The notes under the pieces: generated by a model
Told to the model about the DNA's origin: nothing
Databases searched by the model: none
The model's input: the letters and a program-made list of their open reading frames with translations, nothing else
Translations under genes and position numbers: made by a program
Shown: positions 21,338 to 30,681 of the stretch, piece after piece
How positions within the stretch are numbered: the stretch's first letter is position 1
Layout: each line of letters starts with the position of its first letter
Assembly (NCBI GenBank): GCA_902612825.1
Contig: CACMET010000001.1
Span: forward strand, 35,014 to 99,013
Direction: 5' to 3'
Source: an uncultured Alphaproteobacteria bacterium
Lineage (GTDB): Bacteria > Pseudomonadota > Alphaproteobacteria > HIMB59 > GCA-002718135
DNA: 64,000 bases

Positions 21338-22429
21338 ATGAGACAAAACAACATTTTTTTGATGCTTTTGAAAGTATTTTTCTTTTCATTAATTTTAGTT
21401 GCAACTTCAGCTGTAAGAGCAGAATTAAAAGTTGTAACTACAATTAAACCACTTCATTCACTAATTGCGAATGTAATGGATGGTGTAGGTGAGCCAGCAC
21501 TTATAATTGAAGGAAGTACTTCCCCCCATAGCTTTACATTAAAACCTTCTCATGCCAAACTTTTAGAAGAAGCAGATATCATATTCTGGGTTGGTGAAAG
21601 TATAGAAACGTTCATGGAAAGACCTCTTGAGTCAATTGTCAAAAATGCAGAAGTTGTAGAGTTCATGGAAGTTGAAAGTATTAATAGATTGAAGTTTAGA
21701 GAAGAATCGATTTTTGAAGATCACGATGACCATGATGATCACGATGACCATGATGATCATGACGACCACGATGACCATGATGATCATGACGACCACGATG
21801 ACCACGATGATCATGACGACCACGATGACCACGATGATCATGACGATCATGACGACCACGATGATCATGACGATCATGATGATTACGATGATCACAGTGG
21901 ACACGATCACCACGGTCATGCACATGGTGAATTCGATTCTCACATTTGGCTAGATCCAATGAATGCTAAAGAAATGGTTCATGAAATTGCTCATGAGTTA
22001 GGTGATTTAGATCCAGCAAATAAGAATAAATATGAAGCTAATGCACAAGCTACAATCCAAGCGCTAGATCAATTAGTTAACGATATTGAAAAAGGAATAA
22101 ATAAAGATGCAAAGTTTGTTGTCTTCCATGATGCTTATCAATACTTTGAAGAAAGATTTGGAGTTAGGGCTGCTGGAGCACTTACTTTGAATACAGATGT
22201 TTTACCTGGTGCTAAACAGATCACTGATATTCAAGATGTAATTAAGGAAAGAGGAATAAAATGTATTTTTTCTGAACCTCAGTTTAATCCAAAGATAATT
22301 ACAACAATAGCTGAAGACATGAATATCAAAACAGGAGTTTTTGATCCTCTAGGTGCTAATATTGACTCAAATAAAGATCTTTATTTTAAGTTAATACAAA
22401 ACCTAGTAAATGAACTTAAAGGTTGTTAG
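21338..22429 (+). CDS. znuA: Zinc ABC transporter substrate-binding protein with giant His/Asp-rich loop
   Basis: 363 aa. Signal peptide, cluster A-I SBP fold pattern (LKPSHA, FVVFHDAYQYF, FSEPQF). Central (HDD)18-YDD-HSGHDHHGHAHG insert. Confidence 0.9.
   Translation: MRQNNIFLMLLKVFFFSLILVATSAVRAELKVVTTIKPLHSLIANVMDGVGEPALIIEGSTSPHSFTLKPSHAKLLEEADIIFWVGESIETFMERPLESIVKNAEVVEFMEVESINRLKFREESIFEDHDDHDDHDDHDDHDDHDDHDDHDDHDDHDDHDDHDDHDDHDDHDDHDDHDDHDDYDDHSGHDHHGHAHGEFDSHIWLDPMNAKEMVHEIAHELGDLDPANKNKYEANAQATIQALDQLVNDIEKGINKDAKFVVFHDAYQYFEERFGVRAAGALTLNTDVLPGAKQITDIQDVIKERGIKCIFSEPQFNPKIITTIAEDMNIKTGVFDPLGANIDSNKDLYFKLIQNLVNELKGC
21722..21883 (+). repeat. Coding tandem repeat: 18 x 9-nt (CAY GAY GAY) units with an exact 27-nt tandem duplication (21785-21811 = 21812-21838)
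   Basis: Counted codon by codon from the sequence. Units differ only at synonymous third positions. Confidence 0.95.
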
Positions 22430-22458
22430 AAATATATTTTAAATATTAAATTTAAATA

Positions 22459-22483
22459 GAGGGTGTTAACTAACAGCACCCTC
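22459..22483. terminator. Hairpin GAGGGTG-(11 nt)-CACCCTC downstream of znuA
   Basis: Perfect 7-bp stem 30 nt after the znuA stop. On the minus strand it is followed by a T/A-rich run. Overlaps the 3' end of the Cys-rich micro-ORF. Confidence 0.45.
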
Positions 22484-22553
22484 CACCTTCACAAGTACAG
22501 CAACAGCTACAACTGCAACCACACTTTGGTGGGTTTGGATTTTGATTTTTCAT
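22470..22553 (-). CDS. Cys-rich micropeptide (27 aa, 9 Cys), metallothionein-like candidate
   Basis: ATG at 22553, TAG at 22470. Translation MKNQNPNPPKCGCSCSCCCTCEGGGCC. The segment is visibly GC-richer than other spacers here. It is the only ATG-initiated ORF in the znuA-pirin gap. Confidence 0.4.
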   Translation of the reverse strand: MKNQNPNPPKCGCSCSCCCTCEGGGCC

Positions 22554-22596
22554 AATCATACCTATATCTATATCTGAATAATTTTTAAACAAATTT

Positions 22597-23454
22597 ATGA
22601 GAAAAATTATAGAAATTAAAGAGTGTATGAAGACTTTCGAGGGTGACGGGATACCTGTAACGAGAGCTTTCCCTGTCCCTGGAATGAGAGAAAATGATCC
22701 TTTTCTTCTTTTTGATCATTTCGGCCCAATTAATTATGAACCAGGAGGGGCAACTGGTGTACCAGCACATCCTCATTGTGGATTTGAGGCAATTACTTAC
22801 ATGCTTGGTGGTGAAGTAGAACACAGAGACTCATTTGGTGGACAAGCAGAAATTGAAACTGGTGATGTACAATGGATGACAACTGGATCAGGTTTAATCC
22901 ACTCTGAATTAGTAACAGAAAAATTTAAGAAGAGTGGAGGTGTCATGCAAGGATTACAAATCTGGGTTAACCTTCCAAAAAAAAATAAAAAAGTTAAACC
23001 TTGGTATCAACATATTAAAAGAAACACTATTCCAACAGTATCTGAAAATGCAAATATAGAAATTAAAGTTCTTGTGGGTGAAATAAATGGAACCAAATCC
23101 AAAGTTCAAACATATTCACCTGTATCAATATTTGATATTCAATTTTCAAAACCAGATATGACAAAGTTTAATGTTGATAAAGAACAAAATCTTATGATCT
23201 ATATTATCGATGGTCAATTACAATTTAATGAGGAAGATAAAATCGCTAATAAAGGTGATATGATTTACTTTGATCAGTCAAGTGATGAGATTAAACTTAC
23301 ATCGATATCAGAAAAAGGATCCTACCTAGTTTTAGCAGGTAAGCCGCTTAAAGAACCTGTAGCACGTTATGGTCCTTTTGTGGCAAATTCTGAAGGAGAA
23401 ATCAAGCAAGCAATGATGGACTATCAAGAAGGAAAGATGGGAAGCTTAGCTTAA
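22597..23454 (+). CDS. Pirin family protein
   Basis: 285 aa. HPHCGFE metal motif, bicupin length. Confidence 0.9.
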   Translation: MRKIIEIKECMKTFEGDGIPVTRAFPVPGMRENDPFLLFDHFGPINYEPGGATGVPAHPHCGFEAITYMLGGEVEHRDSFGGQAEIETGDVQWMTTGSGLIHSELVTEKFKKSGGVMQGLQIWVNLPKKNKKVKPWYQHIKRNTIPTVSENANIEIKVLVGEINGTKSKVQTYSPVSIFDIQFSKPDMTKFNVDKEQNLMIYIIDGQLQFNEEDKIANKGDMIYFDQSSDEIKLTSISEKGSYLVLAGKPLKEPVARYGPFVANSEGEIKQAMMDYQEGKMGSLA

Positions 23455-23897
23455 GTTAATTGACGTAACATTTCACCAGCTACAATAGCAACTGAACTAC
23501 TAAGATTAATCGATCTAGGCCCCTTTATCATTGGTATTGTTAATCTTTCATCGACAGAGCTATGGACAAAATCAGGCGCTCCTGCACTTTCTCTACCAAA
23601 TAAAATAATATCATTTGATTGAAATTTATAATCGAAATAACTATTTTTACTTTTTGTTGTTAGAAGAACGAGTCGATATGAATTTTCTCTTGACCACTCA
23701 TAAAATTTTTCCCAACTTAAATGTTTTTTTAATTCTAGATAATTATAGTAATCCATTGATGCTCTTTTTAATCTCTTATCATCAATTACAAAACCAGCTG
23801 GCTCTATTATATCTACTGGTATTCCAAGACAGGCACCTAGTCTAAATATGTTTCCTGCATTCTGTGGTATGTCGGGTTCAAATAGAGCAATTCTCAT
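23451..23897 (-). CDS. trmL: tRNA (cytidine/uridine-2'-O)-methyltransferase TrmL (SpoU family)
   Basis: 148 aa. NAGNIFRLGA and C-terminal SINLSSSVAIV knot motifs. Confidence 0.85.
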   Translation of the reverse strand: MRIALFEPDIPQNAGNIFRLGACLGIPVDIIEPAGFVIDDKRLKRASMDYYNYLELKKHLSWEKFYEWSRENSYRLVLLTTKSKNSYFDYKFQSNDIILFGRESAGAPDFVHSSVDERLTIPMIKGPRSINLSSSVAIVAGEMLRQLT

Positions 23898-23992
23898 GTT
23901 TTTTTACTATATTATTTTATTACTTGCGTCACGCTGGCACATATTTAAAAAGTATTTTTTTGAGTAATTAAGATATAAGAAATTCACAATAA

Positions 23993-24520
23993 ATGGCTAA
24001 AAAACCCAAAAATAAGAGAAGAGATTTCCTACAACTTAGTACCGTAACGCTTGGTGCTGTTGGAACAGCTGCTTTTATATGGCCTTTTCTAAAAAGTATG
24101 AGTCCAGCAGAAGACACATTAGCTGCAGGATCAACTGAAGTAGATATTAGTGCTATTGAAGAAGGTCAAAGTATAACAATAAAGTGGCGTGGAAAACCTG
24201 TTTTCATAAAAAAAAGAACAAAAGATGAGATTGATGCAGCTAAAATGGTTCAAGCTTCTGACTTAAGAGATCCACAAGATGATGCTGATAGAGTACAAAA
24301 AGAAGAATGGTTAGTTTTAGTGGGAGTATGTACACACTTAGGTTGTGTTCCACTTGGTCAGAAGGTTTCTGATATGAAAGGTGAGTACGATGGTTGGTAC
24401 TGCCCATGTCATGGTTCACATTACGATACATCAGGTAGGATAAGAAAGGGACCAGCTCCTAAAAACTTGGACGTTCCGCCCTATACCTTTTTAAATGATA
24501 ATACTATAAAGATAGGATAA
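23993..24520 (+). CDS. petA: Ubiquinol-cytochrome c reductase Rieske iron-sulfur subunit
   Basis: 175 aa. CTHLGC and CPCHGSHY motifs. RRDFL Tat-like N-terminus. Confidence 0.95.
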   Translation: MAKKPKNKRRDFLQLSTVTLGAVGTAAFIWPFLKSMSPAEDTLAAGSTEVDISAIEEGQSITIKWRGKPVFIKKRTKDEIDAAKMVQASDLRDPQDDADRVQKEEWLVLVGVCTHLGCVPLGQKVSDMKGEYDGWYCPCHGSHYDTSGRIRKGPAPKNLDVPPYTFLNDNTIKIG

Positions 24521-24521
24521 C

Positions 24522-25814
24522 ATGGATAAGAATCGAAAAGTACATCAGTTTAAAAATCCCGTCCTTAATTGGATAGAGTTTCGTTTACCAATTATTTCTT
24601 ACTTCAAAAAAGAATACGGTGATTATCCAATGCCTAAAAATTGTAATTATTTTTGGAGTTTTGGTGCATTAGCAACAATTACGCTTGTTACAATGATAGT
24701 AAGTGGAATTTTTCTTGCAATGAATTACACACCACATACTGATATGGCATTTGATAGTGTTGAAAGAATAATGCGAGATGTCAATTATGGATGGTTAATG
24801 CGATACATCCATTCCAATGGTGCAGCCTTTTTCTTCATCATAGTCTACATTCATATAGTAAGAGCAATGTATTTTGGTTCTTACAAATATCCAAGAGAGC
24901 TTAATTGGATTTTAGGTGTATTTATATTTTTATTAATGATGGCAACTTCTTTTCTTGGTTACACATTACCGTGGGGACAAATGTCTTATTGGGGAGCTAC
25001 AGTTATAACAAATTTATTTAGTGCAATTCCATTTATTGGTGAGGGATTAAAGACATGGCTTCTTGGTGATTACAATGTTGGAAATGCTACATTAAACCGT
25101 TTCTTTGCTCTTCATTATGTTTTACCATTTGTTATTTTTGGTGTTGTAGGATTACATGTTGCTGCAGTCCATGTTCATGGTTCAAATAACCCTGATGGGA
25201 TTGATATTAAAACTAACAATGACTCAGTAAACTTTTTTCCGTATATGTTAATTAAAGATACAGTAGCTATGTGTGCTTTTGGTGTTGCTATTTCTGCAGT
25301 AATATTCTTTGGACCAAATCTTATGGCTGAAGTTGATAATTATATTCCAGCAGATCCACTTGTTACTCCAGCTCACATTGTTCCAAACTGGTATCTTGCA
25401 CCTTTTTATGCAATTTTAAGAGCAGTACCTGATAAATTAGGAGGAGTTCTTCTAATGTTTGGTGCGATAGTAATTCTCTTTGTTCTACCTTGGCTTGATA
25501 GATCAAAAGTGAGAAGCTGTAATTATAGACCAATATATAAGTGGTTTATGATGGGCTTTTTTGTTAACTTCTTTGCATTAGGCTACGTTGGTATGCTTCC
25601 TGCTGAAGGTTTATATCTTTTAATTGCTAGAGTAGGTTTACTTTACTACTTTGGTTTTTTCTTTATCATTACACCTTTTGTTGGTTGGATAGAGAAGCCA
25701 AGTAAGCTACCACTCAGTATTAGTGATGTTTATGCTAAAAATATAGCTCCTAATATTGGTGGAGGAGAAAAAGGAATTCCTTCACCAGCAATGCAAAAAG
25801 ATACAAATCTATAA
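24522..25814 (+). CDS. petB: Cytochrome b
   Basis: 430 aa. Haem-ligand helices (RYIHSNGAAFFF, HYVLPF). The Qo motif reads PNWY. Confidence 0.95.
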   Translation: MDKNRKVHQFKNPVLNWIEFRLPIISYFKKEYGDYPMPKNCNYFWSFGALATITLVTMIVSGIFLAMNYTPHTDMAFDSVERIMRDVNYGWLMRYIHSNGAAFFFIIVYIHIVRAMYFGSYKYPRELNWILGVFIFLLMMATSFLGYTLPWGQMSYWGATVITNLFSAIPFIGEGLKTWLLGDYNVGNATLNRFFALHYVLPFVIFGVVGLHVAAVHVHGSNNPDGIDIKTNNDSVNFFPYMLIKDTVAMCAFGVAISAVIFFGPNLMAEVDNYIPADPLVTPAHIVPNWYLAPFYAILRAVPDKLGGVLLMFGAIVILFVLPWLDRSKVRSCNYRPIYKWFMMGFFVNFFALGYVGMLPAEGLYLLIARVGLLYYFGFFFIITPFVGWIEKPSKLPLSISDVYAKNIAPNIGGGEKGIPSPAMQKDTNL

Positions 25815-26563
25815 TGCGCCTATTACTTATTATTTTTTTATTATTCTCTTCAAATTTATTTGCTGCAGAAATGAGTACTGAAAAAATGCCAAAACATGAT
25901 TGGTCTTTTAAAGGTGTAACGGGAACTTTTGATAGAGCCGCAATTCAAAGGGGCTATAAAGTTTATAGAGAAGTATGTGCAGGATGTCATTCAATGAAAC
26001 TGCTATATTACAGAGATCTTATTGATGTTGGTTTTTCTGAGGCTCAAGTAAAAGTAATTGCTTCTGAATATACTGTTTTAGACGGTCCAAACGATGATGG
26101 AGAAATGTTTGAAAGACCGGCTAGACCAGCAGACAGATTTGTTAATCCATACGCCAATGACAATGAAGCAAGAGCAAATAATAATGGAGCCTATCCTCCT
26201 GATTTAAGTGTAATTACAAAAGCTAGAAAATATGGAGTTGATTATATTTACAATCTTCTTCTTGGTTATGTTGAACCTCCAGAGGGAATGGAGGTCGGTA
26301 ATGGAATGTGGTACAATAAATGGATGGCTGGAAATCAAATAGCTATGCCAGCACCTATAGCCGATGGAAGCGTAGATTATGATGATGGCACTGATAATAA
26401 TGCAGAACAGTTATCGGCTGATGTAACACATTTTCTGCACTGGGCTGCTGAACCAGAGATGGAAGAAAGAAAAAATTTAGGAATCAAAGTAATATTATTC
26501 TTTATTATTCTAGGAACAATTGTGTACTTAGCAAAAAACAGACTTTGGCGAGACGTCACTTAG
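25814..26563 (+). CDS. petC: Cytochrome c1
   Basis: 249 aa. Signal peptide, CAGCHS haem motif, C-terminal TM anchor. Confidence 0.92.
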   Translation: MRLLLIIFLLFSSNLFAAEMSTEKMPKHDWSFKGVTGTFDRAAIQRGYKVYREVCAGCHSMKLLYYRDLIDVGFSEAQVKVIASEYTVLDGPNDDGEMFERPARPADRFVNPYANDNEARANNNGAYPPDLSVITKARKYGVDYIYNLLLGYVEPPEGMEVGNGMWYNKWMAGNQIAMPAPIADGSVDYDDGTDNNAEQLSADVTHFLHWAAEPEMEERKNLGIKVILFFIILGTIVYLAKNRLWRDVT

Positions 26564-27660
26564 ACATTAAATAAAAAGTTCATCACATCACCATCTTTGA
26601 CGATATAATCTTTACCTTCTTGTCTTAGCTTTCCTGAATCTCTACTTCCAGCATCACCATTATTTTCTATATAGTCGTCATAAGAGACAGTCTCTGCTCT
26701 AATAAATCCTTTTTCAAAATCAGTGTGAATTTTTCCAGCAGCTTGAGGTGCAAGTGTTTCCTTTTTTATTGTCCATGATCTTGTTTCTTTTGGACCACAT
26801 GTAAAATAGTTTATCAAACCTAAAAGTTCATATCCTGATTTTATAACCTTATTCAATGTTGTTTGATCTAAATTAAGTTCTTTAAGAAATTCAAGTTTTT
26901 CTTCTTCATTATCTAATTCTGCTATTTGTGCTTCTATTGATGCAGAGATTAAAACTACAGAATGATTATTTTTTTTGGCAAACTCAATGACTTTTTTTGA
27001 TAATTCGTTTCCAGTATGTATCGATTCTTCATCTATATTACATATGTACATTGTTGGCTTTAGACTAATCAAGTTTAGACTATTTACAAAGTCAATTTCA
27101 TTGCCAGCAAATTCATCAATTTTTAAGATACTATTAGAATCTAGCATTTGTAAGATTTTATTTATTATCTCAAATTGATTTTTAGCTTCTTTATCATTTG
27201 CTTTTAATTTTTTTTCTAAACTAGTTTTTTTATTATTTAAGCTTTCAAGATCTGCCAATTGCAATTCTAACTTTATTGTTTCAATATCATCTAGTGGATC
27301 AATTTTTGATGATACATGAGTAATGTTAGTATCTTCAAAGCATCTCACAACATGTGCTATTGCGTCAACTTCCCTAACATGTCCTAAAAATTTATTTCCT
27401 AAACCTTCTCCTTGAGAGGCTCCTTTTACTAATCCTGCAATATCAACAAAATCCATGAAAGATGGGATTATTTTTTCACTTTTTCCAATGATTGCAAGTT
27501 TGTCTAATCTGTCATCGGGCACTGCAACTCTTCCTATATTTGGTTCTATAGTTGCAAATGGATAATTTGCCGCCTCTGCTTTATTTGATTGGGTAAGAGC
27601 ATTAAATAAAGTAGACTTACCAACATTTGGTAATCCAACTATCCCACACTTAAATCCCAT
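26560..27660 (-). CDS. ychF: Redox-regulated ATPase YchF
   Basis: 366 aa. GLPNVGKSTLFNA P-loop and C-terminal TGS-like domain. Confidence 0.95.
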   Translation of the reverse strand: MGFKCGIVGLPNVGKSTLFNALTQSNKAEAANYPFATIEPNIGRVAVPDDRLDKLAIIGKSEKIIPSFMDFVDIAGLVKGASQGEGLGNKFLGHVREVDAIAHVVRCFEDTNITHVSSKIDPLDDIETIKLELQLADLESLNNKKTSLEKKLKANDKEAKNQFEIINKILQMLDSNSILKIDEFAGNEIDFVNSLNLISLKPTMYICNIDEESIHTGNELSKKVIEFAKKNNHSVVLISASIEAQIAELDNEEEKLEFLKELNLDQTTLNKVIKSGYELLGLINYFTCGPKETRSWTIKKETLAPQAAGKIHTDFEKGFIRAETVSYDDYIENNGDAGSRDSGKLRQEGKDYIVKDGDVMNFLFNV

Positions 27661-27662
27661 AA

Positions 27663-28223
27663 TTAATTTTGCTCACTTATTTTTGTTAAAAATAGAGGAA
27701 TATCTGAAAATATTAATTCTATATTTTTAACCATTTTATCAATTTTTATATTTATTATTTCTTCTTCTGATTTTGAAAATTTATTTAAAACATAACTTGA
27801 AACTAAATCTTTATGTCCAGGATGATCAATCCCAATACGTATTCTAAAATAATTTTCCCCTATAAATTGGTCAATACTTTCCAATCCATTATGACCTCCG
27901 TTTCCACCACCTTGTTTTATTTTTACTTTCGATAATTCTAAATCAAGGTCATCATGTATAACAAAAGTATGGTCTAATTTTAATTTATAAAAATTTATAA
28001 TTTCTGAAACAGCTTTTCCTGATAAATTCATGAATGTAAGAGGTTTTAACACAAAGATTTTTTGATTATTAATTACACCTGTATATAATTCTTTTATTTT
28101 ATCTTCTTTGATTTTATTCAAATTAAAATGTGAGATTATATTATCTGCTAAATGGAAACCTACATTATGTCTGGTGTTTTTGTAATTTACACCTGGGTTC
28201 CCAAGTCCACAAATTAAAAACAT
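27663..28223 (-). CDS. pth: Peptidyl-tRNA hydrolase
   Basis: 186 aa. GLGNPG...Y..TRHNVGF N-terminal motif. Confidence 0.93.
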   Translation of the reverse strand: MFLICGLGNPGVNYKNTRHNVGFHLADNIISHFNLNKIKEDKIKELYTGVINNQKIFVLKPLTFMNLSGKAVSEIINFYKLKLDHTFVIHDDLDLELSKVKIKQGGGNGGHNGLESIDQFIGENYFRIRIGIDHPGHKDLVSSYVLNKFSKSEEEIINIKIDKMVKNIELIFSDIPLFLTKISEQN

Positions 28224-28244
28224 ATAATGAAATATAAAGTAAAG

Positions 28245-28922
28245 TTACTTAGATTCTTTATTTTCTTCTTTATTATCAGAAGATTCTTCTTTCTTTTCGT
28301 CTGATTTCTCTTCACCACCTTCTGCTGCACCTTCTTCAGTTGTTTCCTCAGTTTTAGTTTCAACTTCTACAGTTGGCGGAACTAAAGTAGCTATTACGAA
28401 ATCTCTATCTGATATAGTTGGAGCAACTCCTTCAGGTAGTTGAATATTACTAATTTTAACTGCATCACCTATTTCACTTTCAATTAAATCAAATTCAAGT
28501 TTGCTAGGTATATTATTTGCGTTACATGTTAGTTCAACAAGTCTTCTAACAGAATTTAAAACTCCACCTTTTTTTAAACCAGGACATCTATCTTGATTTA
28601 AAAACTCAACAGGAATTTCAACGTTTACTTTAGTATTTTCTTGAACTCTTAGAAAATCAAAATGTATAAGTCGATCACTTACAGGATGATATTGTAATTG
28701 TTTAGGAAGTATTTTTTCTTTCTTTCCATCAACATCAAGATCTATAATTGTTGAATAAAAAGAACCAGTACCCATTAATTTTTTAAGTATTTTATCCTCT
28801 AGAGCAATTTTTTTAGGCTCAGTTCCCTTGCCATAAATAATACCAGGAACCAATCCTTTAATCAAAAGACTATGATTTGAACCAATATCTTTATTTCTTT
28901 CTATAGCTTTAAAATCACTCAT
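28245..28922 (-). CDS. rplY: 50S ribosomal protein L25/general stress protein Ctc
   Basis: 225 aa. L25 domain plus acidic/Lys-rich tail. pth-rplY-prs order. Confidence 0.9.
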   Translation of the reverse strand: MSDFKAIERNKDIGSNHSLLIKGLVPGIIYGKGTEPKKIALEDKILKKLMGTGSFYSTIIDLDVDGKKEKILPKQLQYHPVSDRLIHFDFLRVQENTKVNVEIPVEFLNQDRCPGLKKGGVLNSVRRLVELTCNANNIPSKLEFDLIESEIGDAVKISNIQLPEGVAPTISDRDFVIATLVPPTVEVETKTEETTEEGAAEGGEEKSDEKKEESSDNKEENKESK

Positions 28923-28933
28923 AAAATAAAAAA

Positions 28934-29869
28934 TTAATCGAAAAGGGCAGACACTGAAGTATCAGTGTTAATCCTTTTAATCGCATCACCCATTAAAGGA
29001 GCAATACTAATATGTCTAATGTTTTTTGTGCTTTTTACCTCTTTAGAAGGCTCAATTGTATCTGTTAACACCAATTCTTTTATGCTTGAATTTTCAATCT
29101 TTTTAAGTGCATCTCCAGATAGTACACCGTGAACAATATAAGAATAAATTTCTTTTGCCCCATTTTTACTAAGGGCTTCAGCAGCATTACATAATGTACC
29201 TGCAGAGTCAGCTATATCATCTAATAAGATACAAGTTTTATCTTTTACATCTCCGATGATATTCATTACTTCAGACTCACCAGCTTTTTCTCTTCTTTTA
29301 TCAGCAATTGCTAGTCCCGCCTCTAATCTTTTTGCAAAAGCTCTGGCTCTTACAACACCGCCAACATCAGGTGAAGCAACAACTAAATCTTTATTGCCAT
29401 TAAATTTTTCTTTAACATCATCGATTATTGGTCTCACAGAAAAAATATTATCTAATGGGATGTCAAAAAACCCCTGAATTTGACCAGCATGTAAATCCAT
29501 TGTTAATACTCTATCAGCACCCGCGGATGTAATTAAATTTGCTACAAGTTTGGCAGTGATCGGTGTTCTAGGCCCAGTCTTTCTATCTTGTCTTGCATAT
29601 CCATAATATGGAATAACAGCAGTAATCCTTTTTGCTGATCCCCTTCTTGCAGCATCTATTGTAATTAAAAGTTCCATTAAATGGTCATTAGCCGGATGTG
29701 ATGTGGATTGAATAATAAACACGTCTTCACCTCTAATATTTTCATTTATTTCCACAAATATTTCTCTGTCATTAAAAGTTCTAACTGAGGCATCTGCTAA
29801 TGGCACATTAATGTGTTTAGAAATTTTTTCTGCTAGGGATTTGCTACTATTACAGGCGATTATTTTCAT
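28934..29869 (-). CDS. prs: Ribose-phosphate pyrophosphokinase
   Basis: 311 aa. PRPP loop [12 protein letters not shown]. Confidence 0.95.
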   Translation of the reverse strand: MKIIACNSSKSLAEKISKHINVPLADASVRTFNDREIFVEINENIRGEDVFIIQSTSHPANDHLMELLITIDAARRGSAKRITAVIPYYGYARQDRKTGPRTPITAKLVANLITSAGADRVLTMDLHAGQIQGFFDIPLDNIFSVRPIIDDVKEKFNGNKDLVVASPDVGGVVRARAFAKRLEAGLAIADKRREKAGESEVMNIIGDVKDKTCILLDDIADSAGTLCNAAEALSKNGAKEIYSYIVHGVLSGDALKKIENSSIKELVLTDTIEPSKEVKSTKNIRHISIAPLMGDAIKRINTDTSVSALFD

Positions 29870-29916
29870 ATAATCAAATTAATTACTATATTAGAATAAT
29901 AATAGATCAACCAAAA

Positions 29917-30681
29917 TTAATCATTAAATGCAATGATATTGAGCATTCTTCCAGTATCTCTAAATTTTTGTGATTCCCTTCGATGGCTAAAAAAAAATCT
30001 CTTGTTTGAGAAGGTATCCTTGTTAATATTATATATATTTTTAATACCCAATTCCTTAAATTGATAGTTAATCAATCTTCTCAAATTAAATAAATCTTTG
30101 TATTTATTTTTGTGTTTGAAGAAAATAGAGTATTTATTATTTTTGCTTATAAACTTACTTTTAAAGTCTTTTGATACTTCAAAGTTTTTAAAGCTCAAAC
30201 AAGGACCAATAAGAACCACAATATTTTTTTTAATTATTTTTTGTTTAACAAAATATTCTATACCTTTAGCAGCTATATTTTTTAATGACCCTTTCCAACC
30301 CGAATGAAGAGCGCAAATATATTTTTTATTTTTATCAAATATAAAAATTGGACAACAATCTGCAGTTAAAACCCCTAACGCTATTTGCTTATTGCTTGTG
30401 ATTAATCCATCTCCAGAATATTTATTACCAATATTTTTTTTATTAATTTCTACAATCTTGTTTGAGTGTATTTGACTAATAAATTTAATTTTTTTTTTGA
30501 TCTTTAAATTTTTAAGACAGATATCAATATTTTTATTTACATTTACCTTTGTATCTTTGCTGTTTAAGCTACAGTTCAATGAATAGTTTTCTTTTTTTGA
30601 TACTCCGCCATTTCTAGTAAAAAAACCAGCTTTAACAAAAGACTTAATTTTCGTGTGTGTAAAATAATTTTTAATTATCAT
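29917..30681 (-). CDS. pgeF: YfiH/PgeF (DUF152) purine nucleoside phosphorylase / peptidoglycan editing factor family
   Basis: 254 aa. QIHSNKIV, LTADCCPIF and ALHSGWKGS motifs. Confidence 0.8.
   Translation of the reverse strand: MIIKNYFTHTKIKSFVKAGFFTRNGGVSKKENYSLNCSLNSKDTKVNVNKNIDICLKNLKIKKKIKFISQIHSNKIVEINKKNIGNKYSGDGLITSNKQIALGVLTADCCPIFIFDKNKKYICALHSGWKGSLKNIAAKGIEYFVKQKIIKKNIVVLIGPCLSFKNFEVSKDFKSKFISKNNKYSIFFKHKNKYKDLFNLRRLINYQFKELGIKNIYNINKDTFSNKRFFFSHRRESQKFRDTGRMLNIIAFND

Noticed and set aside
21632-21959. Three ORFs in the track (21632-21943 -, 21696-21959 -, 21714-21953 +) with bizarre repetitive proteins (IVV/MI, HRGRHD, MTT repeats).
   Set aside because: They are alternative-frame readings of the (CAY GAY GAY)n repeat inside znuA. 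The znuA frame has full-length homology on both sides.
22470-22553. Cys-rich micro-ORF interpreted as a RiPP (thiopeptide, lanthipeptide or similar) precursor.
   Set aside because: No modification enzymes (cyclodehydratase, LanM/LanB, radical SAM, protease/exporter) are nearby. The neighbours are znuA and pirin. The metal-binding interpretation fits the context better, so the RiPP idea is not pursued.
23935-23951. TGGCAC upstream of petA, resembling the -24 element of a sigma-54 promoter.
   Set aside because: The required -12 TTGC element is missing (the sequence continues ATATTTAAAA), and no enhancer-binding protein gene is nearby. Judged a chance hexamer.
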